In this document: one piece after another, positions 25,230-37,647 of the stretch
Layout of the letters: each line of letters begins with the position of its first letter
How positions within the stretch are numbered: the stretch's first letter is position 1
Source: Dicyema japonicum
Lineage: Eukaryota > Animalia > Dicyemida
Assembly: GCA_011109175.1 (NCBI GenBank)
Contig: RDEW01000025.1
Coordinates: 754,701-818,700 of the forward strand
Reading direction: 5' to 3'
DNA: 64,000 nucleotides
Position numbers and translations under genes: made by a program
Notes under the pieces: generated by a model
The model's database searches: none
Seen by the model: the letters and a program-made list of their open reading frames with translations, nothing else
Told to the model about the DNA's origin: nothing

Positions 25230-25929
25230 AACCTGTACAAGACCAGGAATGCAAAGTTGCCATTCTGACTATCATGTACACTCTATGGCAACGGGGCAGA
25301 TCACCTTTTCTCGTGTCCTGGCTTGTCTTCTTTGTCTTCACCGGACGAGATCAACTTTTTGGAGCTCTAGGAAGTCTGTCATTGGTAGTTACGTTTTTGT
25401 TAGCTACCAGTTTCCTTTACTTGAAGGGACCGGGGGTATAAATAATAACTCCATGGTCCTAGATAAGGAAAGACAAATATAGTCAACTTGTTAAGCGATC
25501 TTAGTTCCCGAAATTATTAGTGTCATCTTGTCTGTTGTTCTCCATTGTATCCAGCTCTGCCAGTAAGCGCCTTTTATCCTGCTTACTCCGGAAATTGATA
25601 GAGTAAGAGAACTTATGGGCCATCGACTTCCTTTCGTTTGGTATAAAGTAGTTTTCTGCCTTCTTCACAAAATCTGAGGAATCCGACTTCACATTTACGG
25701 ATCGTAGCTTCCGCGAGTAGAGAATTGATTCATAAACCACCATGCAAAAAGTTGACAGCTGCTATAATCTACCGGTAAAGTTTTATTTGTCAAAATTTTA
25801 AGTTCTCCACTCGAGTTAACGTAAAACATTTAATTTCCGAAGCCTTTTATAAGGGTTTGCTTGGAGGGGGTCCTGAACTTAATCGGTAAAGTAAGATAGC
25901 CTCTCTCCCTCCAACCTTTCAACGACATC

Positions 25930-26190
25930 AACTGACCCAGGCTCTGCTGCGGAGAAGGCGGAGACCCTAAAAATAAAAAAAATACGCATGTCTTGGAGGA
26001 CAATACATCTTCGAACCAGTGGCAGTCGAAACGACAGGAATTATTGGAAGCAGGTCACTGACCCTGCTAAACAGGGTCGGCTCGCTCATCGCGAAGAAGA
26101 AAAACGATGGGAGAGAAAGGAGCTGACTCATTGAGCAATTTTTCCGTGCAAATCGTTAGGGGAAATACGTTTTCAACTATGAGAGCAGCC
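25930..26190 (+). mobile_element. CRE-like RLE 3' fragment
   Basis: PGSAAEKAE..K.KKY...FEPVAVETTG...VRGN. Confidence 0.75.
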
Positions 26191-26419
26191 AGCAGTTGTT
26201 AACTGTTAGTTTTTTGCGTTTAAATAAAATTCGTGTCTCCTAAAAAATTATAAACCAATATTATCATAATATAGCAGATAAATTGCTCCGTAGTTCATTT
26301 TTAGGTTGAGGCGGTGACGAGGCGGTGACGACATCTCTTTGCAATATGTCTTATTCGTATTCCTTACCGACTTCTCCGTTTACTCTGGGAACTTTTAATT
26401 TCATAGAACTCACTGTGTT

Positions 26420-28130
26420 AAAAGTGTGTGGGCAGCATCTGACCATGTCGCAGTGCTGCAAATCAAATGCGGAAATAAAACTAACTCAGTCATTTTCATT
26501 ATAAATGTATATGCCTTAACTGGAGCGCGATTCTTAACAAATATCGAAGAGCTGGACGCATTTACTCTACTCCCACTAGAATATACAAAGCTTTTGTCAT
26601 TTCGGTACTAACCTGAAATTCTGGGACTTGGGAAATCTCTAAACGTGAAATGGATCGTCTTGACTCTTGCTACAGAGCTCAGCTAAAATCAGGTAATCAA
26701 GATCAACTGGTTCATGAAGAAACCTTTATAATAAATGCAAATTCGCTGTGCTGTCAGATGATATTTTCAAATCAAGATGGAGCCTCTTTGGCCGCGTCTA
26801 AATGACCTGATCCCCGCAAATGACGCAATGGACAACTACATCGCACACACAGGAGCCGGATTCTGTGGAAGGACAAGAACAAAACTTCCGACTATCTTGA
26901 ATGAAGACCTATCGGAGATTGGTATGAAACTAACTTCGGAGGACGACCAAGACAAAACTAGCGCGCAACAGAAGATCATGGTCGAGGCTGACGGAAAGGA
27001 TGATTCGGAATACGGCACAATGAAAACTAATTTCATGTTTTCTCGGGAGTGCACTTTAAAAATAATAATAAGTTTATTTTTAATAGATTACTTACAAGCA
27101 TCTTTCTATTAATTCCATTTCCATTAAAATTTTAGTTATTTTTTACTTCAATAAAATTTTTGAATAAAGCAATCCGAATTATATACCGCCAGACAATCAA
27201 TCTTGTTGATTTCTGCAGCGCAATGGGTCTATATTTGTTTAATACGAGTTTTGAACACCCCGCTAAACACAAGACGACTTGGGTGGGCTACAGATGTGGG
27301 ATTAATGGACAACAAGATTGACTACATCCTTTGCGCAAAAGAGATTACTACTGGATTTAATAAGTTGCGGAGGGACATTACTTGACAGTGACCATAAACT
27401 GGTCGTCGCACGGATGAATATGAAACGATATTTTGGCATAATCGAAAGAAAACAGAAGGTTGCAGCCACGGGTCGCTGACTGGCTAAGAAGACTAAGTGA
27501 GAACATTACAAAAAGAAAATGCTTCCACGATACCTTTCTGAAGCACTTGTGTGAATTGGATACTACCAAAGAACCAACTATTGCACTTACTATGGTTTTG
27601 AACGTGCTAAAATCAACGGAAGAAAAGCTTGTCGGATATCAAGGAAAGGGCGAAAAGACCCTTGCTATATGACCCTACAATCAGACAGTTATCTGACTAG
27701 CAAAAGTGTTAATGAATCAATACTTGGATGACAAAGCACACTAAGTCAGTAACACACTATATGAGAGTCGAATTTTTTCTGCAGTCAAAATTGTAACAAA
27801 AGGATTACCAAGGTCATCTATCAAAGTGTAAGTTGGTACGCCTTATACTGAATCAAGGCCGTTATTTCATGACATTATTCCAAGTTGGCAATCCAAGGAT
27901 CAGTCAATTCATTGGAACACCTTTTAATCTGCTGAAAGATAACCGTTCAGTTGGCCACGACGGCTTTCCTGGTGAGCTGTTAAAATATGTCACATGGGCG
28001 GCGCGTAACGCATGGGCAGCCTGTTACATTTTTTCGACCTTGAAAAGGTCTTTTGATTATCCGACATTATTATTATTAATGTCGGATCACTGGGTCAAAA
28101 AGAAAGAAATAAAAGTTCTCATCTAACTAA
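26420..28130 (+). mobile_element. RTE-clade LINE remnants (APE piece, 3' end with TAA tail at about 27065, second APE/RT piece)
   Basis: FIINVYA, RWSLFG...PANDAMDNY, IDYIL, SDH.LV. The 3' UTR ttttctcgggagtgc+(taa)n is shared with 30035-30200. Confidence 0.75.
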
Positions 28131-28313
28131 GTGATCCCAGATCGACAAAGGTGAGGTTGAGTCCCTCATTGGATTATCCGACATTTAATTTTATATATCC
28201 GATTTATATCGTGATTTAATCCTGTTAAATTAGTTTTTTATTTATAAATGTTATGATTATAAAGATTTTATTTTTTATAGCGGTAAACCTAGATTTCTAG
28301 CGTGATTTATAGC

Positions 28314-29800
28314 ATGGAAGATTATTTTGTTGCAATGGCTTCTTACAAGGGTTTTGTGAAAGATTGTGTTGAATATCCAAACTTTAAAAGATGCTTTGCA
28401 TGATAAATTTCCCGAAAATCTTCCGAGGCACCGAAAATATAGGCTTGTAAAGAAGATAGAGAATTTTTCTATTATCAATGACAGGTATTGTAAATTTTCA
28501 ATAATTTTAGACTGTATCTTAAATCAACTGATTCCAAGTTAGTCATATCCCTGGATAATGAAACCGAAATGGAGCATGTTGCGAAATCGTTGTACGAGTT
28601 TTCACACGGAGGAGTCAATAAAATTGAGTATGAATGTCGACAAAGATACTTCACTGTAAAGAATGAGATTATCAGAAAAGTCATTCGAAATTGTGAAGTC
28701 TGCAAATTTTCGCGTCCTTTAAAAGTTCGTGATTTTTTATAATTGTAGATTGGAGATATAAATCACCATGTGTTTGCTTCTTCTCCAAATGAACGTTTTC
28801 AGGAGATCTAATAGACCTGAAAAAATTTTCAACATTAAATGAAAATTTAAAATGGATTTTAACGGTCATTGACATATATAGTAGGTTGGTTTTTTTTAAT
28901 TTATAGATTCGCTTTTGTACGCCCACTCTATAATAAGTCTGGTAAAGAAGTATGTGAAAACTTAAGATCTTTATTCCGCCTGAATAGGCCATGTAAATTT
29001 CTTCAGTCGGACAATGGTTCTGAATTTAAAAATCAAGAAATAACAAAACTTTGCGAAGATTTTAACATTAAGCAAATTCACGGAAGGCCTAACAATCCAC
29101 GAGCACAAAGAATTGTCGAAAGATTTAATCAGACAATCACGAGGAAGTTGTCAAAAATGCTGGATGACAGTGAAAAAAAGTGGATTGATAAATTAGAAAG
29201 TGCTGTCTACAGTTACAACATATCGGTCCATTCATTTTCTAACGAAAGTCCTTTCGAAAGATATCGAGGAATTAAGGGAATAAATTCAATAATTAATGGT
29301 TATACTTATAACATTATGACTTAGATAATTTAAGTGATGAGTGTGCGATTCCAGAACAAATTGACGATTTGGTTAATTGTTCGACTCCAGAATCTATTGA
29401 AAATTCACGTAGTTTGATTTAAAAAATTTATATCTAGATAATTCCCAGTCAGATAATTTGTGTCCGAATGCGAAGAGATTCAATTTCGAAATTAAATCGA
29501 TTGAAGAAAATTCTAATTATTACAAAGCTATGAACAGGAAAATGAATGTTCATAATAGTAAATATACTTTTAACATGGGAGATAAAGTATGAATCAAAAA
29601 CATTAATAAATAGGTTCGGGCTAAAAAGGACTTTGGAACAAATCCCTCATTGCGACTGGATAAGTTTGAGTCTCAGTATTATCCAGTTGCAGAAATAATT
29701 AATATTTTATCGAATAATCGCGTGGAGGTAGTTTTAAATAGTTTAATTTGATAGATAAAAAATTCGAAAGGAGAAATATCGAATGTATTAATGAGTAGAC
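28314..29800 (+). mobile_element. Ginger-like DDE/rve integrase gene with three mini-introns (frameshifted)
   Basis: H2C2 (SHGGVNK...CEVC), NERFQ.DLID, TVIDIYSRFAFVRPL, LQSDNGSEF, HGRPNNPRAQ.IVERFNQT. GT-AG introns at 28485-28510, 28725-28748 and 28885-28906. Confidence 0.85.
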
Positions 29801-30034
29801 TAAAAAAAGTTACTTAAATTTAATTTTTTGTGGTTAATAAATCATTTATATTAATTAATTAATTGAAGTTAATCTTGGTTCAAGGTTACTGTAACAGGCT
29901 GCCCATAGGTAACGCTTGTCCCATGTGACAAAATATGCCCCAGTATGCGTCAGAATAACTATTGCTGAAATTTTAAACAAATGATTTGAACGGCACAACC
30001 CTATTCCCATAGGACACAAAATACACTACCATTT

Positions 30035-30200
30035 CAAAAATCTGAATTATTATTATTATTAAAAAGCACTCCCGAGAAAACATAAAATTAGTTAAATTTC
30101 CCTTGTGCCGTATTCCGAACCATCTCTCCGTTAGCTTCGACCATGATCTTCTGTTGCGCACTAATTCTCTGAGGTAGTCCAGGTCGTCCGCCATTTCATT
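30035..30200 (-). mobile_element. RTE 3' terminal fragment with (TAA)n tail
   Basis: ADDLDYLRELVRNRRSW plus the 3' UTR shared with 26930-27075. Confidence 0.75.
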
Positions 30201-30249
30201 ATAATATCATATGCTGTCCACACCCTTGTAACGTAGTGAATCTAAAAAA

Positions 30250-31400
30250 AAAGATTACTAGAAATTCTCATACCCAATATCTTATTGACTACTGTTAAAA
30301 AAACAGTATCTACCATCGTCTTAAATCGTATACAAAACATAGTAGAAGAATACCTGTCGCACAGTCAGAGTGGCTTCAGGCGCGGACTGTTAACCTCTGA
30401 TGTTGTATAGAGTCATCGTTTGTATGCAGCTCCATGCCAAAAATTTGCGTTAAGGGAATTGATCTTAGCAAGGCGTTCGACAACATCAACAGAGAAAAAC
30501 AGATGAACATGCTAACCAACATATTAAATGAGGACTGCCTGAGGCTAGTGAGATTCCTTCTTGCAGAAACAGAGCTAACTGTGAAAGCTGGCATGAAGCA
30601 CTCTGATAAGTTCTTTACTGAAATTGGTATTCCACAAGGGGATTCTCTGTCCCATTTTGTTTGCCGTATATTTGGAGGCGGCGATTAGAGATCTGAGAAA
30701 GACCATGGGCCCCAGTCATCAACAAATCACCGAACTTATATACGCGGATGACGTGGACTTTATCTACTAATAAGGTCTTGTCGAGTCCGCGTACGTACAC
30801 CATAGATATCACTCGCAAAATGGAATCTACGGATAAATCTCAACAAAACAAATATGTACAATTTGGACGCATATCGTCAAGTCAAGAAATGATGAAAAGT
30901 GGAGATACGAAATGAAACTTGGTTCACTGTTGGGAAACTCGGGGAATATCAGCAGAAGAAAGATGCTGGCCACTATCTTCTTTAAGAAAATGTAAAATAT
31001 TTGGATACAAAAAAGGCACATCTTTTTCGGACTAAGGCTAAAATTGTATAACACGTTTATCCGTCTCATTCTGTTATACAACTCGGGTATCTGGGGGACA
31101 AGTGAACAAGAGTTGGATAAACTTGACACGTTTCATCGGCGGCACGTCATCCTTAAAATACAATGGCCGAAGAAAATATCAAATGAAAAATTATAAAAAA
31201 TATGCAATGCTAAACGAACAAGCCATGAAATTGTGGAGTTCAGATGGAGGCTATTTGGCCTAAGGCTAAACTGCGACACACCATGTAATACCAGCATGTC
31301 TAAAAAGAGACTACCGGGGAATCGGAAAAATTTAAATTCCGTGGGTGACCTGGATGACATTAGGAACAAAAGTTCACGGAAACTAAGTTGTGACACTACA
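30250..31400 (+). mobile_element. RTE-clade LINE RT region, degenerate
   Basis: QSGFR, GIDLSKAFD, GIPQGDSLS, YADD, LGSLLG, LYNSGIWG, WRLFG. Confidence 0.85.
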
Positions 31401-31449
31401 TCATCCCGGATAGTACTTATTATAATAAGCAACATTCGTAAAATCATAA

Positions 31450-32575
31450 TATTTATAATTTAACTCGTGCAGCATTCAAAACAATTTTCCGGACCAACTT
31501 CTTCCAATCTCCTCGATCGTAAAGAGTTTCCTCAACTCGTCCAGGTTGTCCCCACTTCTTAGACGTTTGTTCACGAGCTTTAGATCTCCGTCAAGTGTTT
31601 CAGGTAGTGTAATACGCCGGCGTCCACGAAGACACGGTCCCTGTCTCATGAAGTAGTCCTCCATTGCTATGTTTGCTGGAGCGTCCAAGTCCATACGCAA
31701 GATATGTCCAAATAGCCTCCAGCGAATATCAGCAATTTTGAGACTCAGTGGACCTATGAACATCTCTTGTACAGCGATTCCTTTTTTATTCTTGCTGGCC
31801 AATTCAGTCTTAGTAGGGATCTAAGTTGTCTTCGATGGAAAGAGTCTAGTCCAAGTTGTTCGGTTTTGGACGTTCCCCAGGTCGATGAATTGTACACTAG
31901 GATCGGCTTGGCAAAGGCTTCATACAGTCTCAGACGAAGTGATGTGCAGGATCGTCGTTTGCCAATCCACTCTTTCTTCAACTTGTTCATCGTTACCCAA
32001 GCGAAGGCCTTCCTTTTGGCAATATCTTGACTGTCTCCAAGTAAAGAGCCAAGTTTGTTTGTTTTTCGCCATGTTTCACTTGATCTGCTTTCCATTCTCC
32101 TGATTTCCACAATGTCGGTTTTTGCTGTGTTCATTCCAAGGAACCATCGGTTCAGCTCAGCAGGTGCCACCTCGAGGAGTCGAAGTAGGGCCAATTTGTC
32201 TTCTGACACAAAGTCGACGTCGTCCGCATAAGCAATTTCGACGATGTTGCCATCATAGAGATTTATTTATTAACCCCGGGATCACTAAGAAAGAAAGACA
32301 AAGTAAAGTCAACAAGTTATGTAATCCCAGTTCCCGCAACCAAACGTGCCATCCTAAGCCTGTGCGTCTCCTTTGTTCCCACTGTCGAACGGAAATCCCT
32401 TCTTTGATCTTTGCAGAGGAAGCCGATTGAATTTTTTGAATGGTTAACGTGGTGTCTTGTGGCTCACCCGAGAAAATGTCACCCATTCCAAAAAGGAACG
32501 AAAGAGCCAATAACTTCTCCCCACCTCTTGGGGGTTCCCGTAAGCCATCATAGAGATAGTACTTGCGATCTTAAT
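31450..32575 (-). mobile_element. RTE-clade LINE, 5'-truncated, interrupted by the 32263-32543 insertion
   Basis: IAYADD, KLGSLLGD, LYEAFAKPILVYNSSTW, WRLFGHILRMDLDAPANIAM. Confidence 0.88.
32263..32543 (-). mobile_element. 5'-inverted Vingi-like insertion: LINE 3' end (minus) joined head-to-head to LINE 5' module (plus)
   Basis: 14-bp TSD gccatcatagagat at 32249-32262 and 32544-32557. 32263-32420 is homologous to 57485-57650, and 32430-32540 to 54640-54750. Confidence 0.88.
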
Positions 32576-32756
32576 AAACCGCATTATAAAACAAAAAGTT
32601 AATGTTTTTAAATATTAAACATATAAAAGTAAAGATTAAGTTATTTTGTTAATAGCATGCAGCAGGTTGTCCTGTGCTTATTTTAAGTTAAACCCTAATG
32701 ATAAGAATTTGGAGGAAAAGACTCTATCATACAGTCAACTGAGGAGTCCAGCATCG

Positions 32757-34567
32757 ATGACCCGTTTGGCAGAGGTTACTATTGACCATCATTTAAGCTT
32801 GGTCTATATAAGAAAATTGAAAATATGGATGGAAGCGTGTACTTTCAGCAGGAACAGCAAATTGAGGCCAGTTATGCCAGATCTGCTCTGGAACATAAGT
32901 GTTTGTTGGACATTGACTCAGAACCTGGTCAACTTAGGAAATCCTCTATAATTTGCACTATTGGACCATCTTCTCGTAGTGTTGAAACCATCATTGAAAT
33001 GCTTAAGGCAGGAATGAACATTGCACGTTTAAACTTCTCTCATGGAACTCACGAAGTTGTACATTTATTAATTTCAGTATCACAAAGAGACCATTCATAA
33101 TCTGAGAGAGGCTGTTAAAAGGTATGAAAACAAAGTATCTCTTGCGATTGCTTTGGACACTAAGGGACCTGAAATTAGGACTGGACTGATTGATAAGGTT
33201 AATATTTATGTGACTTGTAGAGTTTGGGTGTTAAAGAGGTTGAATTGAAGAAGGGGTCCACTATAACTGTGACAGCTGATGAGAGTTTTAGAGAGAAATG
33301 TTCATCTGAGCTTATATATTGTGATTATAAAGAAATATTGACGACTGTTGGGTTGAATAAAAACATTTACATTGATGATGGACTTATTAGCCTCACCGTC
33401 CGTAAAATTGGTTGATTAATTATGAGTAATCAAAGAGTCTGACTCATTGATGTGTTATGTAGACAATGGGGATTTCTGGGTTCTCAAAAGGGGGTTAATT
33501 TACCAAAAACAAACGTTAATCTTCCGGCAGTTTCTGAAAAGGACAAGAAGGATTTGTTGTTTGGTCTGGAAGTTGGTATTGATATTGTATTTGCATCATT
33601 CATTCGTTCTGCCACCCAGGTTAGAGACATTAGAGAAATTCTGGGTAACAGAATAATGATTATTAGCAAGATAGAGAACCACCAGGGAGTCTTAAAGTAG
33701 TTGTGAATGTATAGTATAGCTTTGATGAGATTTTAAGCGAGAGTGATGGAATTATGGTGGCTAGAGGAGATTTTGGGAATAGAACTGCCTGCAGAGAAAG
33801 TATTTATTGCTCAGAAGATGATGATTGGACGTTGTAATCGTGCGAGGAAACCCATAATATGTGCTACACAAATGCTAGAGAGTATGGTAGTAAATCCAAG
33901 ACCTACCAGAGCTGAGGCCTCTGACGTAGCCAATGCTATTTTGGATGGGGCTGATTGTGTTATGTTGTCAGGAGAGACAGCCAAAGGGAGTTTTCCTGTT
34001 AAGACTGTTGAAATGATGCATCAAATTTGTCGTGAGTCCGAGTCCGCTGTTTATTTTCATCAAACGTATGCAGATATGCGTATTTTTCAAGAAATAGCAT
34101 CAGATTCTACTGAAATTATTGCTTCTTCTGTCCTTGAGGCTGCCAATAATTCAATGGCTGCTGCTATTGTGGTGTTGACTACTACTGGGAGGTACTTGAT
34201 ATGATAATCTCATAGATCTGCATTCTTAATCTCAACTCTAAGACCTAGATCACCTATTTTAATGGTAACAAGGAATGGTATTGTGGCAAGACAGGCACAT
34301 TTATACAGAGGGATTTTCCCTATCCATTATACTGAAAACAAACTTGATAATTGGGGGGATGACGTTGAGAAGAGAATTGCTGCGGCTATGAATATTGGAT
34401 TAGATAGACAATTCATTCACTTTGGAGACTTTTTGGTTATTGTAACTGGTTCCAGGAAGGGCAGTGGATACACTGACACTTTGAGAGTTATCACTGTCCA
34501 AAAAGATTACTATGAAAATGATGTCCCAATCCTTAACAGACTTCACATCGTTGATGATGACTTTTAG
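32757..34567 (+). CDS. PK: Pyruvate kinase; multi-exon (start 32757 via a 23-nt intron, or 32825)
   Basis: [101 protein letters not shown]. Two homopolymer frameshifts as assembled (33468-33471, 33771-33774). Confidence 0.97.
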
Positions 34568-34649
34568 GCTAAATTTCCTAGATTTAATGATTAATTTCTT
34601 TTCTTAACAATTTGGTTTTAATGTTATTGATTTTCTTGAACAATTTGGT

Positions 34650-34859
34650 TTAAGATTATGAATATCGATTCAGGGATTTAGGACCCAAATCTCTTTCCTT
34701 ATTACGTCACAGTGGATTATTGATACGGAGTACAGCCGAGAAGAGGAATGGGTGATTGAGTGCATTTCTAACTAAGCAAAAGAGGGAATACTCCTTTAAT
34801 CACGAAAGCTGATTATGGAATCCAAAGACCACGATAGCACCAAACTAACCAATCCGTGA
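34650..34859 (+). repeat. ~210-bp dispersed repeat, copy 1 (probably a LINE C-terminal fragment)
   Basis: Closely similar to 36730-36935. The continuation contains a KYASAV-like motif. Confidence 0.8.
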
Positions 34860-35049
34860 TCTCCGCACGCTCAAAAAGAGACTTGTTCATGTTCCTCTCT
34901 CGACCCTACCCAAGTACGCATCGGCCGTATAACTGGATCCTCGAAGTCTCAACAACACGTTCCTCGATTCTTACGTATTAAGAATTCCAGAGGTATTGAA
35001 GGCTGAGACTTTCTAAAAGTCCGTCTTTTCGTAATTTTGAAAGACCTTT

Positions 35050-35450
35050 TTTGGTAGCTTCGATTTTCATGGAATTGTCAGATAAACGGGCCCCATGAAG
35101 CACACTCATATGAGATACATGGTTCGACGTACTGTTTGTAGATAGAGTTCAAGACTAGATAGCTTCCTGTTTTCTGTACTCCCAGGGTACTTTTCAGGAT
35201 GTTTTCCTTCTCGTATTTGATGATCATGTTTTCGAAATACCGTGAAAAACAGATGTGCATGTCGAATGTGACTCCCATAATTTTAAAACTCACGGATAAA
35301 TGGACGGATTTTAATTTTAAAAAAGTTTTGAACAAATAAAAACACTTCCGAAAAAGTGAGAGAACCAGATATGAAGAATTTGAGTTTCTGAAAATTTCGA
35401 TCAATATCATCCTGTCAAGTGGCGTGACCTTCAATGCTAATTTCAAAACT
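35050..35450 (-). mobile_element. Ingi/Vingi-like LINE C-terminal fragment
   Basis: IMGVTFDMHICF...YKQYVEPCISYECASW. Confidence 0.65.
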
Positions 35451-35698
35451 TTTCACTTTAATCATTTCTGAGCCAAAAATAGGAGACACCCCATGTGGGT
35501 AAAACAATCAAATCTTTATTTTTTAAACTGGTTAATTAAACACTCTTCTTACAAATGCAATAACAATAAAATACAATAAAGTCCCTTAAATTGGCCCAAA
35601 ATGTTCCTGAACTATTTTTTAGCCAATTTGAGAATTAAAAAAATTAATAAAAAACCATTAAAGTAAAATATTATTTTTATTAAAATAATAGTTTATAA

Positions 35699-36011
35699 TC
35701 CCGGTGGCATAGTGGTTAGGTGTCGGCTAAAGTGATTTAGGCTACGGGTTCGAATCTCGCTGCTGTTCACCTGGTGGAAGGTTCCAAGCATCTACGATGC
35801 TAAAAAGGCTGACGAGTAACGCCGTCATCAGTGGACTCTCACTGCGAAACTGGATTGTCTAGAAAAGACCCACACACAAGAAAATACAAGTGAAGATCAT
35901 GCCTTGGTTCTACGATTAGTTAAAATTAACTGTTCTTTACTTAAATAAAGTGTGTGTCCTGCCTATGCGGAGCTAATACCACGGATCCGTGAAAAAGGCA
36001 TTATTATTATT
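35699..36011 (+). mobile_element. tRNA-headed SINE (family A), full length
   Basis: Colinear with the 24901 copy; ends ggcattattattatta. Confidence 0.9.
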
Positions 36012-36089
36012 AATCCTGGAGTTTATAATAAAGCCCTGTCTCGTCATATTGTATCTTTATAATGTTTGAAATTTCTTAAATTGATCTCA

Positions 36090-36330
36090 AATCTTTCGAG
36101 GTCAAGTTGTTTGTCAGTTATCATTTCACCGTGAATTTATGCATTCGAAAACCATGTCTTTTTTTGAATCTGTAAGAAATCCTTTAGAATTTTTGAAATC
36201 ACTAATAGATAACTTTTCAGCAATATTTTTTGCTTTATTTGATATTAGTGCATCACTAACAAAGTACCTAACATAAACAAATTAAAAATACCTTAGATTC
36301 TATCAAATCCATCCATTCTAATATCTTAGT
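36090..36330 (-). mobile_element. pogo/Tigger (CENP-B-type HTH) transposase fragment
   Basis: VSDALISNKAKNIAEKLSISDFKNSKGFL...KKRHGF...KFHGE across a frameshift. Confidence 0.55.
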
Positions 36331-36729
36331 ATCAAGAATTGGCCAATTATAGGGACTTCACTGTACATACTTAAAGTCTCCTAAGCACTTAAAGTTAAAA
36401 CTAGACATCTAAGTTATCGTGTCACATATATACATACAACATTGATCTTTAATAAGTATACAAGTCCGGGCTGTGGAGGTCCCAAAAAAGACTAACGTCG
36501 TTTGTCAAATAATCGAAGCTCGCGACAAGCCCTCCCCGGGTGTCTAGTTTTATATATTTCATATACATACAATGGGGAAAATAAGTCAACCCTAAGTAAA
36601 ATGTGATTATTATTTTCCTTCTAAAATAAAATAATCTTTCCCTCTAATTTAAAAAGTTGTTTATATAAAATAATACGATAAATCATAATTAAGCAATTTA
36701 GCTATGAAATTCTTTATTTTTTGATTTTT

Positions 36730-36935
36730 TTAAGATTATGAATATCGATTCAGGGATTTAGGACCAAATATCTTTCCTTCTTACGTCACATTGGATTATT
36801 GATACAGAGTACAGCCGAGAAGAGAATAGGTGATTGAGTGCATTTTTAACTAAGCAAAAGTGGGAATACTCCTTAATCACGAAAGCTGATTATGGAATTT
36901 AAAGACACGATAACACCAAACTAACTAATCCGTGA
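36730..36935 (+). repeat. ~210-bp dispersed repeat, copy 2
   Basis: Closely similar to 34650-34859. Confidence 0.8.
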
Positions 36936-36989
36936 AAACGTTGGGTAAAAAAACATACTAATATTTTGTGGCATGATTCTTTTTAAGAA

Positions 36990-37590
36990 TCACTGCTTTT
37001 AAACGATTTTTTATAATTAGCTTTTGTTTGTATTTTGAAAATATCTTAGACCATTCTTCTCTGCAAATTGATTTTAAATCAATAATATTTTTTGGATTTC
37101 GATTTCCAATATTAATTTCAATTATTCCATATATTTTTTATAGGATTGAGGTCCAGTGATTGACTTGGCTATTTAAGTATATTTTTATTGTGATCTTCGA
37201 TCCATTTTCTAGTCTTTTTAAGTATGTTTTGTGTCATTATCTTGTTGAAATACACATTCATTTGGGTTTAAATTCAGTTTCTCAAAGGATTTGAACAAAC
37301 AATCTTCTAATATATGACAATATTTTGAAGAATTCATTATCTCATCAATACAATATAGTTCTCCTATCCCCGAAGAACAGAAATTCCACCAAATCATAAT
37401 ATTTCCTCCCCCATACTTTAAAGTTGGTATATAATAAAATCATCTTTTTCACAATTAAAAAATTCGCGAATTGTAATCTATCCTTTTTATGTTTTCTTGT
37501 AACAAGAGAAATTTTCGAGGTCTTCTCTTATGTAGTCCTTTTTGCGCAATGTGTATGTTTTTGTTCGCAGAGCCCACCATTTTTAAATCT
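36990..37590 (-). mobile_element. Tc1 transposase remnant
   Basis: KYGGGNIMIW, VFQQDND.KHT, PSQSLDLNPI.NIW. Confidence 0.85.
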
Positions 37591-37647
37591 TAATATAATT
37601 TTTTGTTGTTGTCCGTATGAAATAAATTGGAAATGAAATCATGTAAG

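Noticed and set aside
25501-25743. 80-aa ORF, possible gag-like fragment
   Set aside because: No diagnostic motif, so it cannot be supported.
32757-34567. Pyruvate kinase as a pseudogene or programmed frameshift
   Set aside because: Both indels are in homopolymers, all catalytic motifs and splice sites are intact, and similar errors occur in other genes. Assembly error is more parsimonious.
34650-36935. LTR pair or chromodomain
   Set aside because: No TG...CA termini, PBS/PPT or gag-pol between the repeats. The EEEWVIE similarity is not followed by other chromodomain residues.
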